Shown here: piece by piece, positions 19,110-26,997 of the stretch | How positions within the stretch are numbered: the stretch's first letter is position 1 | How the letters are laid out: every line of letters begins with the position of its first letter | Source: Gammaproteobacteria bacterium | Lineage (GTDB): Bacteria; Pseudomonadota; Gammaproteobacteria; UBA4575 | DNA: 64,000 nt | Assembly (NCBI GenBank): GCA_045105615.1 | Contig: JBGCDS010000009.1 | Coordinates: forward strand, 19,783 to 83,782 | Direction of reading: 5' to 3' | Notes under the pieces: model-generated | Told to the model about the DNA's origin: nothing | Seen by the model: only the letters and a program-made list of their open reading frames with translations | The model's database searches: none | Made by a program: the position numbers and the translations under genes

Positions 19110-20681
19110 ATGTCAGACATAGTCGTTAAATATCGGGTCATTTCAGATAAAGATGGGGTATCTGATCTCGCAAGAAAAATTGCAATTGAACAGAGCGTTG
19201 AAACGCCAGAATCAATAATTACACCTGAAATAGAAGAAAGATTCGTTGGTAGAGTGATTGAAATTAATCGAGTTGAGAATCAAACTGATCAATATACGGT
19301 TGCATTAAGTTATCCTGAAGAAATATTAAGTCAACAATACAATCAACTTGTCAATTTGTGCTTTGGTAATGTCTCGATGTACAAGAATGTTAAGTGCATT
19401 GATATTGATTTGCCTAATAAGCTACTTTCATATTTTTCTGGTCCTAGATTTGGCATTGATGGGATACGGGAGTGCTTGGGTGTTCATGGAAGACCGTTAC
19501 TAGCAACAGCATTAAAACCACGTGGTTATAGCAATGAGAAATTTGCAAATCTTGCCTATGAATTTGCTTTAGGCGGTGGTGATATTATTAAAGATGATCA
19601 AAACTTAATTGGCGACTTTGAAGAATTTAAACGCAGAGTCACTCTATGCTTGAATGCAGTTAAAAAAGCAGAAAATAAAACAGGTAAGCGCTGTGTTTAT
19701 TTTCCATTTATATCTGCTCCTTATGAGCATATTGAAATGTATTTTGAATGGGTGAAGCGGCAAGGTGTGCAGGGTGTATTGTTAGCGCCATTGATTATTG
19801 GGCTTGATACAGCTAGAGGGCTTGCTGCTAAATATGATTTGATTTATATGGCACATCCTTCATTTACCGGCAGTTATTGTGTCGCGCCTAATGATGGTAT
19901 GAGCTATCACTTGTTGTATGGACTTTTGTTCAGATTAGCGGGTGTTGATATTTCAGTATTCCCAAATACGGGTGGTAGATTTCAGTTTGGAGAACAAGAC
20001 TGTAAAAAAATAGCAGATGAGCTACGTCGACCATTAGCAAATATAAAGTCAGCTTTTCCCTGTCCAGCTGGGGGCATGCAATATGCACATTTAAACGAAA
20101 TGTGTCGCTGGTATCAGCAGGATTCAGTATTTCTTCTTGGAGGTTCCTTGCTCGAGCACTCTGAAAAGCTGTCAGAATCGACATTAGCATTCAAATCTAA
20201 AATACAGGAAGAATTTTCTGAAACACTGACAAAACCAAAAGAAATGAATGAAATTTCATCCTGTGAATATCCGTCATCAAAAATAGATCCAATATTGGAA
20301 TTTATGGAATTTGATGATTTTAATTGGATGGGCAGAGAGAGTATTAAATATAAAGATGGTGACAATGCTTCATTTGATGCAGTGCGCCGTGTTGAGTTGA
20401 TTGGAAAAAATGGTGAAGCATCAGCATTTGATCTGCGTTATTTCGAAGTAGCCCAGGGTGGTTTTTCCAGTAAAGAGATGCATCAACATACACATGTAAT
20501 TATCGTGGCGCGTGGGGAAGGTGAGATTATTGTTGACGATAAGAAGTATGTAGCAAAGAAAAATGATGTTCTATATATAAAACCAATGACAATTCATCAA
20601 TTGATGAACCCGAACAGTGAACAATTTGGGTTTTACTGCATTGTAGATAGAGATCGAGATAAACCAATAACGGTCGATTAG
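19110..20681 (+). CDS. RuBisCO-like protein (form IV) fused to a C-terminal cupin
   Basis: RLP part: EQSVE, FSGPRFGIDGIR, ATALKPRG, GGGDIIKDDQ, MAHPSFTG, PAGGM, LGGSL. Cupin part: FDLRYFEVAQGGFSSKEMHQHTH...IHQL...FGFYCIVDRDRDKP. Confidence 0.9.
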   Translation: MSDIVVKYRVISDKDGVSDLARKIAIEQSVETPESIITPEIEERFVGRVIEINRVENQTDQYTVALSYPEEILSQQYNQLVNLCFGNVSMYKNVKCIDIDLPNKLLSYFSGPRFGIDGIRECLGVHGRPLLATALKPRGYSNEKFANLAYEFALGGGDIIKDDQNLIGDFEEFKRRVTLCLNAVKKAENKTGKRCVYFPFISAPYEHIEMYFEWVKRQGVQGVLLAPLIIGLDTARGLAAKYDLIYMAHPSFTGSYCVAPNDGMSYHLLYGLLFRLAGVDISVFPNTGGRFQFGEQDCKKIADELRRPLANIKSAFPCPAGGMQYAHLNEMCRWYQQDSVFLLGGSLLEHSEKLSESTLAFKSKIQEEFSETLTKPKEMNEISSCEYPSSKIDPILEFMEFDDFNWMGRESIKYKDGDNASFDAVRRVELIGKNGEASAFDLRYFEVAQGGFSSKEMHQHTHVIIVARGEGEIIVDDKKYVAKKNDVLYIKPMTIHQLMNPNSEQFGFYCIVDRDRDKPITVD

Positions 20682-21073
20682 CTTGCAGTGCTTATAACGA
20701 GTATGTATTGACCACTACGTGATGCATTAATGCCATTGATGATGGTGTCACCAAGAAAGCTATACCCTAAAACAGAATGTGTGCTGACTATTTCGTTGTT
20801 ATCAATGATGTGAGCTGTGTGTGAGCTATTTATGTATTCATAAGATAATTGTGCGTCAATTTCTAATTCAGTGCCATTGCAGTGAATATCACAGGGTAGA
20901 GCTGGAGAGGTATTGCCTGCGCGGTCTAGTAGTACAACGCTATATGACATGTCGAAATTACTTTGATTAATATGAAAGTTTGTAAAATATAATTGAAATA
21001 ATAACTGCGCACTTTGACCGCTGTCAAAAAAATATCTAAAAAGTTTAGTTTTGATACTATTATTTTTCAACAC
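20678..21073 (-). CDS. Hypothetical protein
   Basis: 131-aa ORF convergent with the RLP; true start may be internal; no motif. Confidence 0.35.
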   Translation of the reverse strand: MLKNNSIKTKLFRYFFDSGQSAQLLFQLYFTNFHINQSNFDMSYSVVLLDRAGNTSPALPCDIHCNGTELEIDAQLSYEYINSSHTAHIIDNNEIVSTHSVLGYSFLGDTIINGINASRSGQYILVISTAS

Positions 21074-21136
21074 ATAATTTTAAAAATTAATTCGCTTAAT
21101 GTTTTAGTTTGGAATAAACAATTATATTGCAATAGG

Positions 21137-21589
21137 TTACTTAAGATTTGGGTAACTTAGTAAAAGCATATTTTGAATGCTAGCCCAATTGCTAAAATAT
21201 ACTTCAGCTAAGCATGGGCGCTCATTTTTTATGATTTTTTTAGAAAGGTTGTTATCTGGAGGTGATTGATTTGTTATTCGCTCATATCCAGTCTTATTCG
21301 ATTTGTAACTACTGTTATCGCTAAGATCACATTCCTCCAGAGATATTTTGTGCCACGTGTATGCAATTGAAGTAAAGGCATCCTTGTTATTTTTTTGCAT
21401 GCTAGAGAAGCTGTCTGAGTAATTAATTTCTATCGCCATGTTGGTTGCAACGTAGCGATAAGTTAATTCAAATTCTAGATTAATATTTTCAGCAATCTGT
21501 TGATCGTGGTTATTGCTGCATGAACTTATTGCTAAATAAGAGAAAAATAAAGCACCAATAAACATTTTTTGGCTTTGCATGTTAGTCAT
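21137..21589 (-). CDS. Hypothetical lipoprotein
   Basis: Hydrophobic N-terminus ending LAISSC (lipobox-like); AT-rich. Confidence 0.5.
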   Translation of the reverse strand: MTNMQSQKMFIGALFFSYLAISSCSNNHDQQIAENINLEFELTYRYVATNMAIEINYSDSFSSMQKNNKDAFTSIAYTWHKISLEECDLSDNSSYKSNKTGYERITNQSPPDNNLSKKIIKNERPCLAEVYFSNWASIQNMLLLSYPNLK

Positions 21590-21792
21590 ATTTTAAATAT
21601 TTTGCTTGGGCTGCTGATAGCTTAAAAGCCTACATTTGTATGGAATTATAGACCAGTTATTAGGCATTCCTTCTTCACCTGAAAAACTTACATATTTATC
21701 CTCCCTTTCGGAGGGAAATATTGACCGCTTGTCGCGGATCAAAATCAGAACCAGCTCACAGAGTTATACATACACCCACACCAGAAGGTGTG

Positions 21793-21876
21793 ATCAGGAG
21801 TTTACGTTCCTGATATGTAAATCAGTCCATGGATGTGGCTGGAGGGGAACGTCTTAGAGTTTAATTATAAGACGTT
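21793..21876 (+). promoter_or_regulatory. Structured leader with three tandem hairpins, one carrying a CsrA/RsmA-type CANGGANG motif
   Basis: atcagga/tcctgat (21793-21814); cagtccat-ggat-gtggctg, containing catggatg at 21828-21835; aacgtctta/taagacgtt (21848-21876). Confidence 0.45.
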
Positions 21877-21909
21877 AAAAATATAAAGTAACGCTGAAAA
21901 GGTGCCACT

Positions 21910-23088
21910 ATGCGCTCACGCAATAAACTTGCATATAGTTTAGTTATTACGTTGATGTCAGTTATGTTTACGATCTCTGCAGCACATGCAGGACCACGTG
22001 AACAGGCGAAAAGGATGCATGACCGATTGGTGGGGGTTCCACCATCATCTGCAGTTCTCGATTCGATGACAACAAAGATTCAAAATGGAGATACTGTTGG
22101 AGCCGCTTATGAAGCGATGGAAAATCCAGCTTTTTATAATACGACTTTAAAAGACTTTTCTACTCCGTGGACGAATCGTGAAGGCTCAGTATATTCAGAC
22201 TTGAATGATTTCTCTGCCACAGTCATAGGTATGATTCGTGATGAGGTTCCATTCACAGAAGTGTTATCGGGAAATATTGTTTATGTGGGTTCAGCGGATG
22301 CTTCTAATAATGTCGCTTATTCGCAAACTGATAATGAACATTACGAGGAATTACAACAGCGTAATGTGAACCTGGGTGATCCGAATAATCTAGTTCAAAC
22401 ACAACAGACATCTCTACCAGGAAATATATTACCAGCATCTGCAACGGCAGGAGTAATGACTACACGTGGATTTGCTGAGTCATTTTTGGTCGCTGGGACT
22501 AATCGTGCCGCAGTTAGAAACGCTATGTTTAATTTCTTATGCGAAGACCAAGAAGACTTACGTGACATTACTGCACGTCCAGATTTTATTCGTCAAGATG
22601 TGACGCGTTCACCGGGGGGAGACAGTAAGATTTTCTTAACCGATTGTTTAACTTGCCACGCGGGCCTTGATGGTCTTGCAGGCGCATTTGCTTATTATGA
22701 CTTTGATGAAGAGAACTTGCAGATTGCTTATACAGCGGGTGCAGTTCAGCCTAAATACCTGCGTGATGCTGGAGTATTTCGCTTTGGCCATGAAACACAA
22801 AATGATGGTTGGGTTAACTATTGGCGTAATGGTCCAAATGCTTACATAGGTTGGAATGGTCCGGCAGGTTCGGGTCTTGGAGCTAAATCATTAGGTGTTG
22901 AGCTTGCATCAACGCGTCAATTTGCTGTGTGTCAATCTAAGAAAGCATTCGAGAAAGTTTGTTATCGACCACCTAATGGTGAAGCTGATCATACATTGGT
23001 CGACAATGTTGCAACTGTATTCCAAAACAATAATTACAGCATGAAGCGAGTATTCGCTGAAACTGCTGCTTATTGTATGGGTAACTAA
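21910..23088 (+). CDS. Sec-exported protein with one CxxCH heme-c motif, DUF1588/DUF1585-like C-terminal half
   Basis: Signal peptide ending AHA; AGVMTTRGF; CLTCHAGLDGL (22645-22659); C-terminal FAVC...F.NNNYSMKRVF pattern. Confidence 0.75.
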   Translation: MRSRNKLAYSLVITLMSVMFTISAAHAGPREQAKRMHDRLVGVPPSSAVLDSMTTKIQNGDTVGAAYEAMENPAFYNTTLKDFSTPWTNREGSVYSDLNDFSATVIGMIRDEVPFTEVLSGNIVYVGSADASNNVAYSQTDNEHYEELQQRNVNLGDPNNLVQTQQTSLPGNILPASATAGVMTTRGFAESFLVAGTNRAAVRNAMFNFLCEDQEDLRDITARPDFIRQDVTRSPGGDSKIFLTDCLTCHAGLDGLAGAFAYYDFDEENLQIAYTAGAVQPKYLRDAGVFRFGHETQNDGWVNYWRNGPNAYIGWNGPAGSGLGAKSLGVELASTRQFAVCQSKKAFEKVCYRPPNGEADHTLVDNVATVFQNNNYSMKRVFAETAAYCMGN

Positions 23089-23091
23089 GCG

Positions 23092-25311
23092 ATGCTACCG
23101 AGGAGAATAGTAATGACTCAGGAAAATTTAATTGTATCGCGGAATATGGACATCCGACGAATTCGTAAATCGCTACAATGGATTGGCATCATTTTGGTAA
23201 TGATTGCTTTGACAGCTTGTGGCGGTGGTAGTGGAGGAGGCACTTCAGAAGAAGATGCTTCGCCAAATACATCAGGAAATGGCGGTGGTACTGTGGTTAA
23301 TACACCGCCACCAGCAGTGCCGCCAGTAGCGCCACCAGCGCCACCTGCGCCGGCACCAACTATGCCGCCTGTTAATGACCAACAGTTATTTGCAGCGAAT
23401 GTTTATCCGCTAATGACATCAAATAGCTGTGTACAGTGTCATAGTGACCCTACACCATTGGGACTTCCATCAATTTTGCCATACATGGCTGATGAGACGG
23501 TTGAAACTGCTTATAACGAGGTAGTGAATAACCAAAAAGTTAGTTTCTCTAATCCTGCTAATTCACGCCTAGTTGATAAGCCTAGAGCAACTAATCACAA
23601 CTGCGGTGGAGCAGTTGCATGTGAAGAATTTGCTACAGCAATGCAAGCAGCTATTCAAACATGGGCTGATGCACGAAGTGCTGCAAATCCTCCAGTTAAC
23701 AATCTTCCACGTGTAGCGAGTGCTATGGCTAGCTTTGCTGATGGTCAAGATGGTGGAGCTGCAAGGGTTGATGCAAACGTTATTGCAAAATATGACTTTT
23801 CTGAAGGCGCTGGGGATATCGTTAGAGATTCTAGCGGAGTTGGTACCCCCATGGATCTACTCATTGAAGGTGATATGCAATGGGTTGAAGGCGGTGGACT
23901 GCGTAATATTGATGGAAAAGCTAAAGCTGCTATGGCGGATAGCGCAAAGATGTTCAATATGATCTCACAAGATCAAGATGAATTTACTATTGAGGCATGG
24001 GTCATTCCTGACGCGGAAGATCAAGACGTTGGTGGGATTTCTGTGATAGCAGGTTATCAACGTAACGATGCGTCAATTGGTAATAATAACTTTATCTTTG
24101 GTCAGGTAAATACTAATTTCGAACTTCGTACTAGAAGTGAAACAACCGGTAATAATGGGTTGCCTGCATTAACTGCGAATGGAAATACTGTTCGTACTGA
24201 CTTAATGCATGTTGTATTTACTATTGATGCAACTTCAGGGCGTAAAGTCTATGTTGATGGTCAATTTGTTGGTGACATGGATGGCGCACCATTAGGTCAA
24301 CTAGACTGGGATGCAGCATTTGGATTTGTACTTGGTAATGAATACGAAGATCAAAGTGGGAATTTATGGTTAGGCACATTTAAGATGGTAGCTATCCATA
24401 ATCGCGCATTGACAGATGTACAGGTTCAACAAAACTTTGATGCTGGCTTAGGTAACTTTGTTACACTTGCATTTGACGTTAGTAACATCATTGGTGCACC
24501 TGCATCAGTACAACTGCAAGCTACTGATATGGATGACAATGCATATTTATTTGCATCTCCAAGACTCATTACTGATGTGTCAGGAGTGCAAGTTCAAAAC
24601 ATTAGAGTGGCTGTTAATAACAATATTCCAGTCGCTACTCAAGCATTCCGTTCAGTGAACATGATGGTGACTGAAAGTGGCCAAGAGTTGTCACCATTAG
24701 GTGCAGTGATTCCTAAAGACTTAGGTCTTGATTTGGATATGTTCCATCTGGAGTTTGAGATGTTAGGTTCCCAAGTAGGATCAGGCGACTCTTATATTCC
24801 TCCATTGGAACCAGGTATCGCTGACTTTGGTGTTTTGCCTGAGTTTGGGGTGCGTTCATTCTCAAGTGTGAATGACACTATGTCAGTATTGACTACTATT
24901 CCAGTAACTCAAAATACTGTACGAAATCGTTACGAAGAATTAAGGGATTCATTACCTGCAACAGCAGATATTCTAGCCTTTAATTCAGCATCACAGATTG
25001 CAATTCAGCGATTAGCAGTGACTTACTGTGATCGCGTTAGAAGGTCTAATAATGCATGTAATGTGGTATTTGGTAATAGTTGTAACAATATTGCTAATGC
25101 TGCTGATAAACAAAATCGAGTCAATGCACTATTCGATAGATTTGTCGGTGACTTGGAGAATCAACCTGACCGTGCAGAAGCTACTGCCGCAGTAAATAGT
25201 CTTATGGACGATTTAGGCTGCGCTAATGGCTGCACAAATGCTACTAAAGATATTGCTCTGCAAGCGAGTTGTGCAGCAGTACTTTCTAGTGGCGCCATGA
25301 CAATTAACTGA
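23092..25311 (+). CDS. Lipoprotein with Pro-rich linker, CxxCH cytochrome-c domain and LamG/concanavalin-like domain
   Basis: Lipobox LTAC-GGG; PPPAVPPVAPPAPPAP linker; CVQCH (23428-23442); LamG patterns YDFSEGAG, FTIEAWV, HVVFT, VYVDG and IHNRALT; Cys-rich C-terminus. Start could be 23113 or later. Confidence 0.85.
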   Translation: MLPRRIVMTQENLIVSRNMDIRRIRKSLQWIGIILVMIALTACGGGSGGGTSEEDASPNTSGNGGGTVVNTPPPAVPPVAPPAPPAPAPTMPPVNDQQLFAANVYPLMTSNSCVQCHSDPTPLGLPSILPYMADETVETAYNEVVNNQKVSFSNPANSRLVDKPRATNHNCGGAVACEEFATAMQAAIQTWADARSAANPPVNNLPRVASAMASFADGQDGGAARVDANVIAKYDFSEGAGDIVRDSSGVGTPMDLLIEGDMQWVEGGGLRNIDGKAKAAMADSAKMFNMISQDQDEFTIEAWVIPDAEDQDVGGISVIAGYQRNDASIGNNNFIFGQVNTNFELRTRSETTGNNGLPALTANGNTVRTDLMHVVFTIDATSGRKVYVDGQFVGDMDGAPLGQLDWDAAFGFVLGNEYEDQSGNLWLGTFKMVAIHNRALTDVQVQQNFDAGLGNFVTLAFDVSNIIGAPASVQLQATDMDDNAYLFASPRLITDVSGVQVQNIRVAVNNNIPVATQAFRSVNMMVTESGQELSPLGAVIPKDLGLDLDMFHLEFEMLGSQVGSGDSYIPPLEPGIADFGVLPEFGVRSFSSVNDTMSVLTTIPVTQNTVRNRYEELRDSLPATADILAFNSASQIAIQRLAVTYCDRVRRSNNACNVVFGNSCNNIANAADKQNRVNALFDRFVGDLENQPDRAEATAAVNSLMDDLGCANGCTNATKDIALQASCAAVLSSGAMTIN

Positions 25312-25332
25312 TCTATAAGCGAGGATATAACG

Positions 25333-26847
25333 ATGGGTAAATATGTAGAGCAATGTCGACGTAGAGAAGAGCAAAATCGTCGTTTGCAACAACGTATCGA
25401 AGATGATTGTCGCCAATCAGGTCATGGTCGTCCGGTGACACGTAGAGACTTCTTAGGTAGAGGCTTTATCTCAGGAATGGGCATGGTGTTTGCGCCAACG
25501 CTTTCAACATTCTTGGCGCGTGAAGCACATGCTGAGTGTGATCTAACAACACTGGTTCAAGGTGCTGGTAAGATTCCATTCATTAGTATTGACCAGGGTG
25601 GTGGTGCCAATATCGCGGGTTCAAATGTAATGGTAGGTTCTTTAGGGCAGGAAAACTTTTTAAGTCCTGAAGGATATGCCAGATTAGGCTTACCAGAAGC
25701 TATCATTCCAGATAATGTTGGGGTAGACCGAACATTTGGAATTGCCATGCATCCTAATAGTGCGATGCTTAGAGGGATGCTGGATAAAACAAGTGTAGCT
25801 GCAAGAGCAGGCACTAACGGTGTAGTCATTCCGGCACGTTCAGAAAACGATACTGGGAACAATCCACATAACCCTGTCTATGGTATTGCTCAGTCAGGTG
25901 CTAACGGCCAATTTGTAGCAGCTGTCGGAACGAGAAATTCTGATACTGGTGGTCGTTCTGATGCGCCTAGTTACATGATTGATCCTGCTGTCAGGCCGAC
26001 TAAAGTCAGTAACTCCAACGAAGCGATTGGTCTTGGTGGTGGAGATGATGATGGTTTTCCGACGGGTAGAGTGGCGGAAGCAGCTGCAATCATTAGTCAG
26101 TTGAAACTGGGTAAAATTACTGCTGAAGAAGCGACTAAAGAGCTTGTGCAATGTGGTTATGATAAAAGTTCTGCGACATTCAACACAGCTATTACAGCTG
26201 CTGAGTTGGATCCTAATCAGGATACTGACTTGCAAGCAATTTTCCCTAATGGCGAGTTAAATGATGGTGATTTCCGTAAAGCGGCTGCGGTCATGAAAAC
26301 AGTAATCAAAGGCTTTGCGGGTGCTGGAACCATTGAGTATGGCGGTCGTGACTATCATCAGAACCCTCGTCCTGAAACGGATGAAAAAGACTTTATTGTT
26401 GGTCAAGTTATTGGTGCAACTTTAGAGTACGCGCAACGCGCTAATCAACCCGTTATGATCTATGTCTTTAGTGATGGTTCAGTCTCTGCTGATACAAATA
26501 ATCCTGAAGATGATGGCAATGGAACGACTAAATTCCGTTGGCGTTCAGATAATTCACAAACGGCTGCTAGCGCAATCTTTGTTTATCAACCTGGTGGTGT
26601 AAGACCAGTGCTGCGAGGTAATGCTGCAGGTACTAATCAGTTAGGTAGATTTAGAATGGATGGTAATGTTGATACTGCTTCAAGCCCATTCGCTAATAGT
26701 GTTACATCGTTAGCAGAGGTGGTAGTGCTAAATTATTTAGGGCTGCATGGTCAGCAGGCTAGATTTGGTGCGGATGTGTTAGCTAATAATGGTTTGGGAA
26801 CAGGCGCAGTGGTTGATCCATATGTGGCATTCAATCCTATTGTCTAA
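25333..26847 (+). CDS. Tat-exported DUF1501-like protein
   Basis: Twin-arginine TRRDFLG followed by an AHA cleavage site; GGRDYH and IYVFSDG resemble the DUF1501 GGWDTH and xxxSEFG motifs; GAGGA RBS. Confidence 0.75.
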   Translation: MGKYVEQCRRREEQNRRLQQRIEDDCRQSGHGRPVTRRDFLGRGFISGMGMVFAPTLSTFLAREAHAECDLTTLVQGAGKIPFISIDQGGGANIAGSNVMVGSLGQENFLSPEGYARLGLPEAIIPDNVGVDRTFGIAMHPNSAMLRGMLDKTSVAARAGTNGVVIPARSENDTGNNPHNPVYGIAQSGANGQFVAAVGTRNSDTGGRSDAPSYMIDPAVRPTKVSNSNEAIGLGGGDDDGFPTGRVAEAAAIISQLKLGKITAEEATKELVQCGYDKSSATFNTAITAAELDPNQDTDLQAIFPNGELNDGDFRKAAAVMKTVIKGFAGAGTIEYGGRDYHQNPRPETDEKDFIVGQVIGATLEYAQRANQPVMIYVFSDGSVSADTNNPEDDGNGTTKFRWRSDNSQTAASAIFVYQPGGVRPVLRGNAAGTNQLGRFRMDGNVDTASSPFANSVTSLAEVVVLNYLGLHGQQARFGADVLANNGLGTGAVVDPYVAFNPIV

Positions 26848-26869
26848 GTAACAGAGCTTAAATTTAGTT

Positions 26870-26903
26870 AAAAGCAGAGTGACTAGTATCACTCTGCTTT
26901 TTT
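26870..26903 (+). terminator. Rho-independent terminator closing the three-gene operon
   Basis: aaaagcagagtga-ctagta-tcactctgctttttt. Confidence 0.9.
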
Positions 26904-26997
26904 AATGATGAAAGGTCTAAATTTAGCGACCAAATTCATTTCTTATCTTTTCAATAAACCCAGAATAGTGCTGTCTAAAAACACTTAATTTTTTATT

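Noticed and set aside
19110-20681. True CO2-fixing RuBisCO large subunit
   Set aside because: The motif is KDDQ not KDDE, KPRG replaces KPKLG, there is no small subunit or cbb gene nearby, and a cupin is fused. This fits a form IV RLP.
21636-21857. 73-aa ORF upstream of the heme/LamG operon
   Set aside because: TTG start, no RBS and no protein-like features; it overlaps the probable promoter/leader hairpins.
23305-23370. Short GC-rich tandem-like repeats (ccgcca/ccagc)
   Set aside because: These are codons of the Pro/Ala linker, not a CRISPR array or VNTR.
25333-26847. Secretion-system inner-membrane protein (a GspF-type label I recall for similar proteins)
   Set aside because: It has a Tat signal and no multi-TM platform topology, and no T2SS genes are adjacent.
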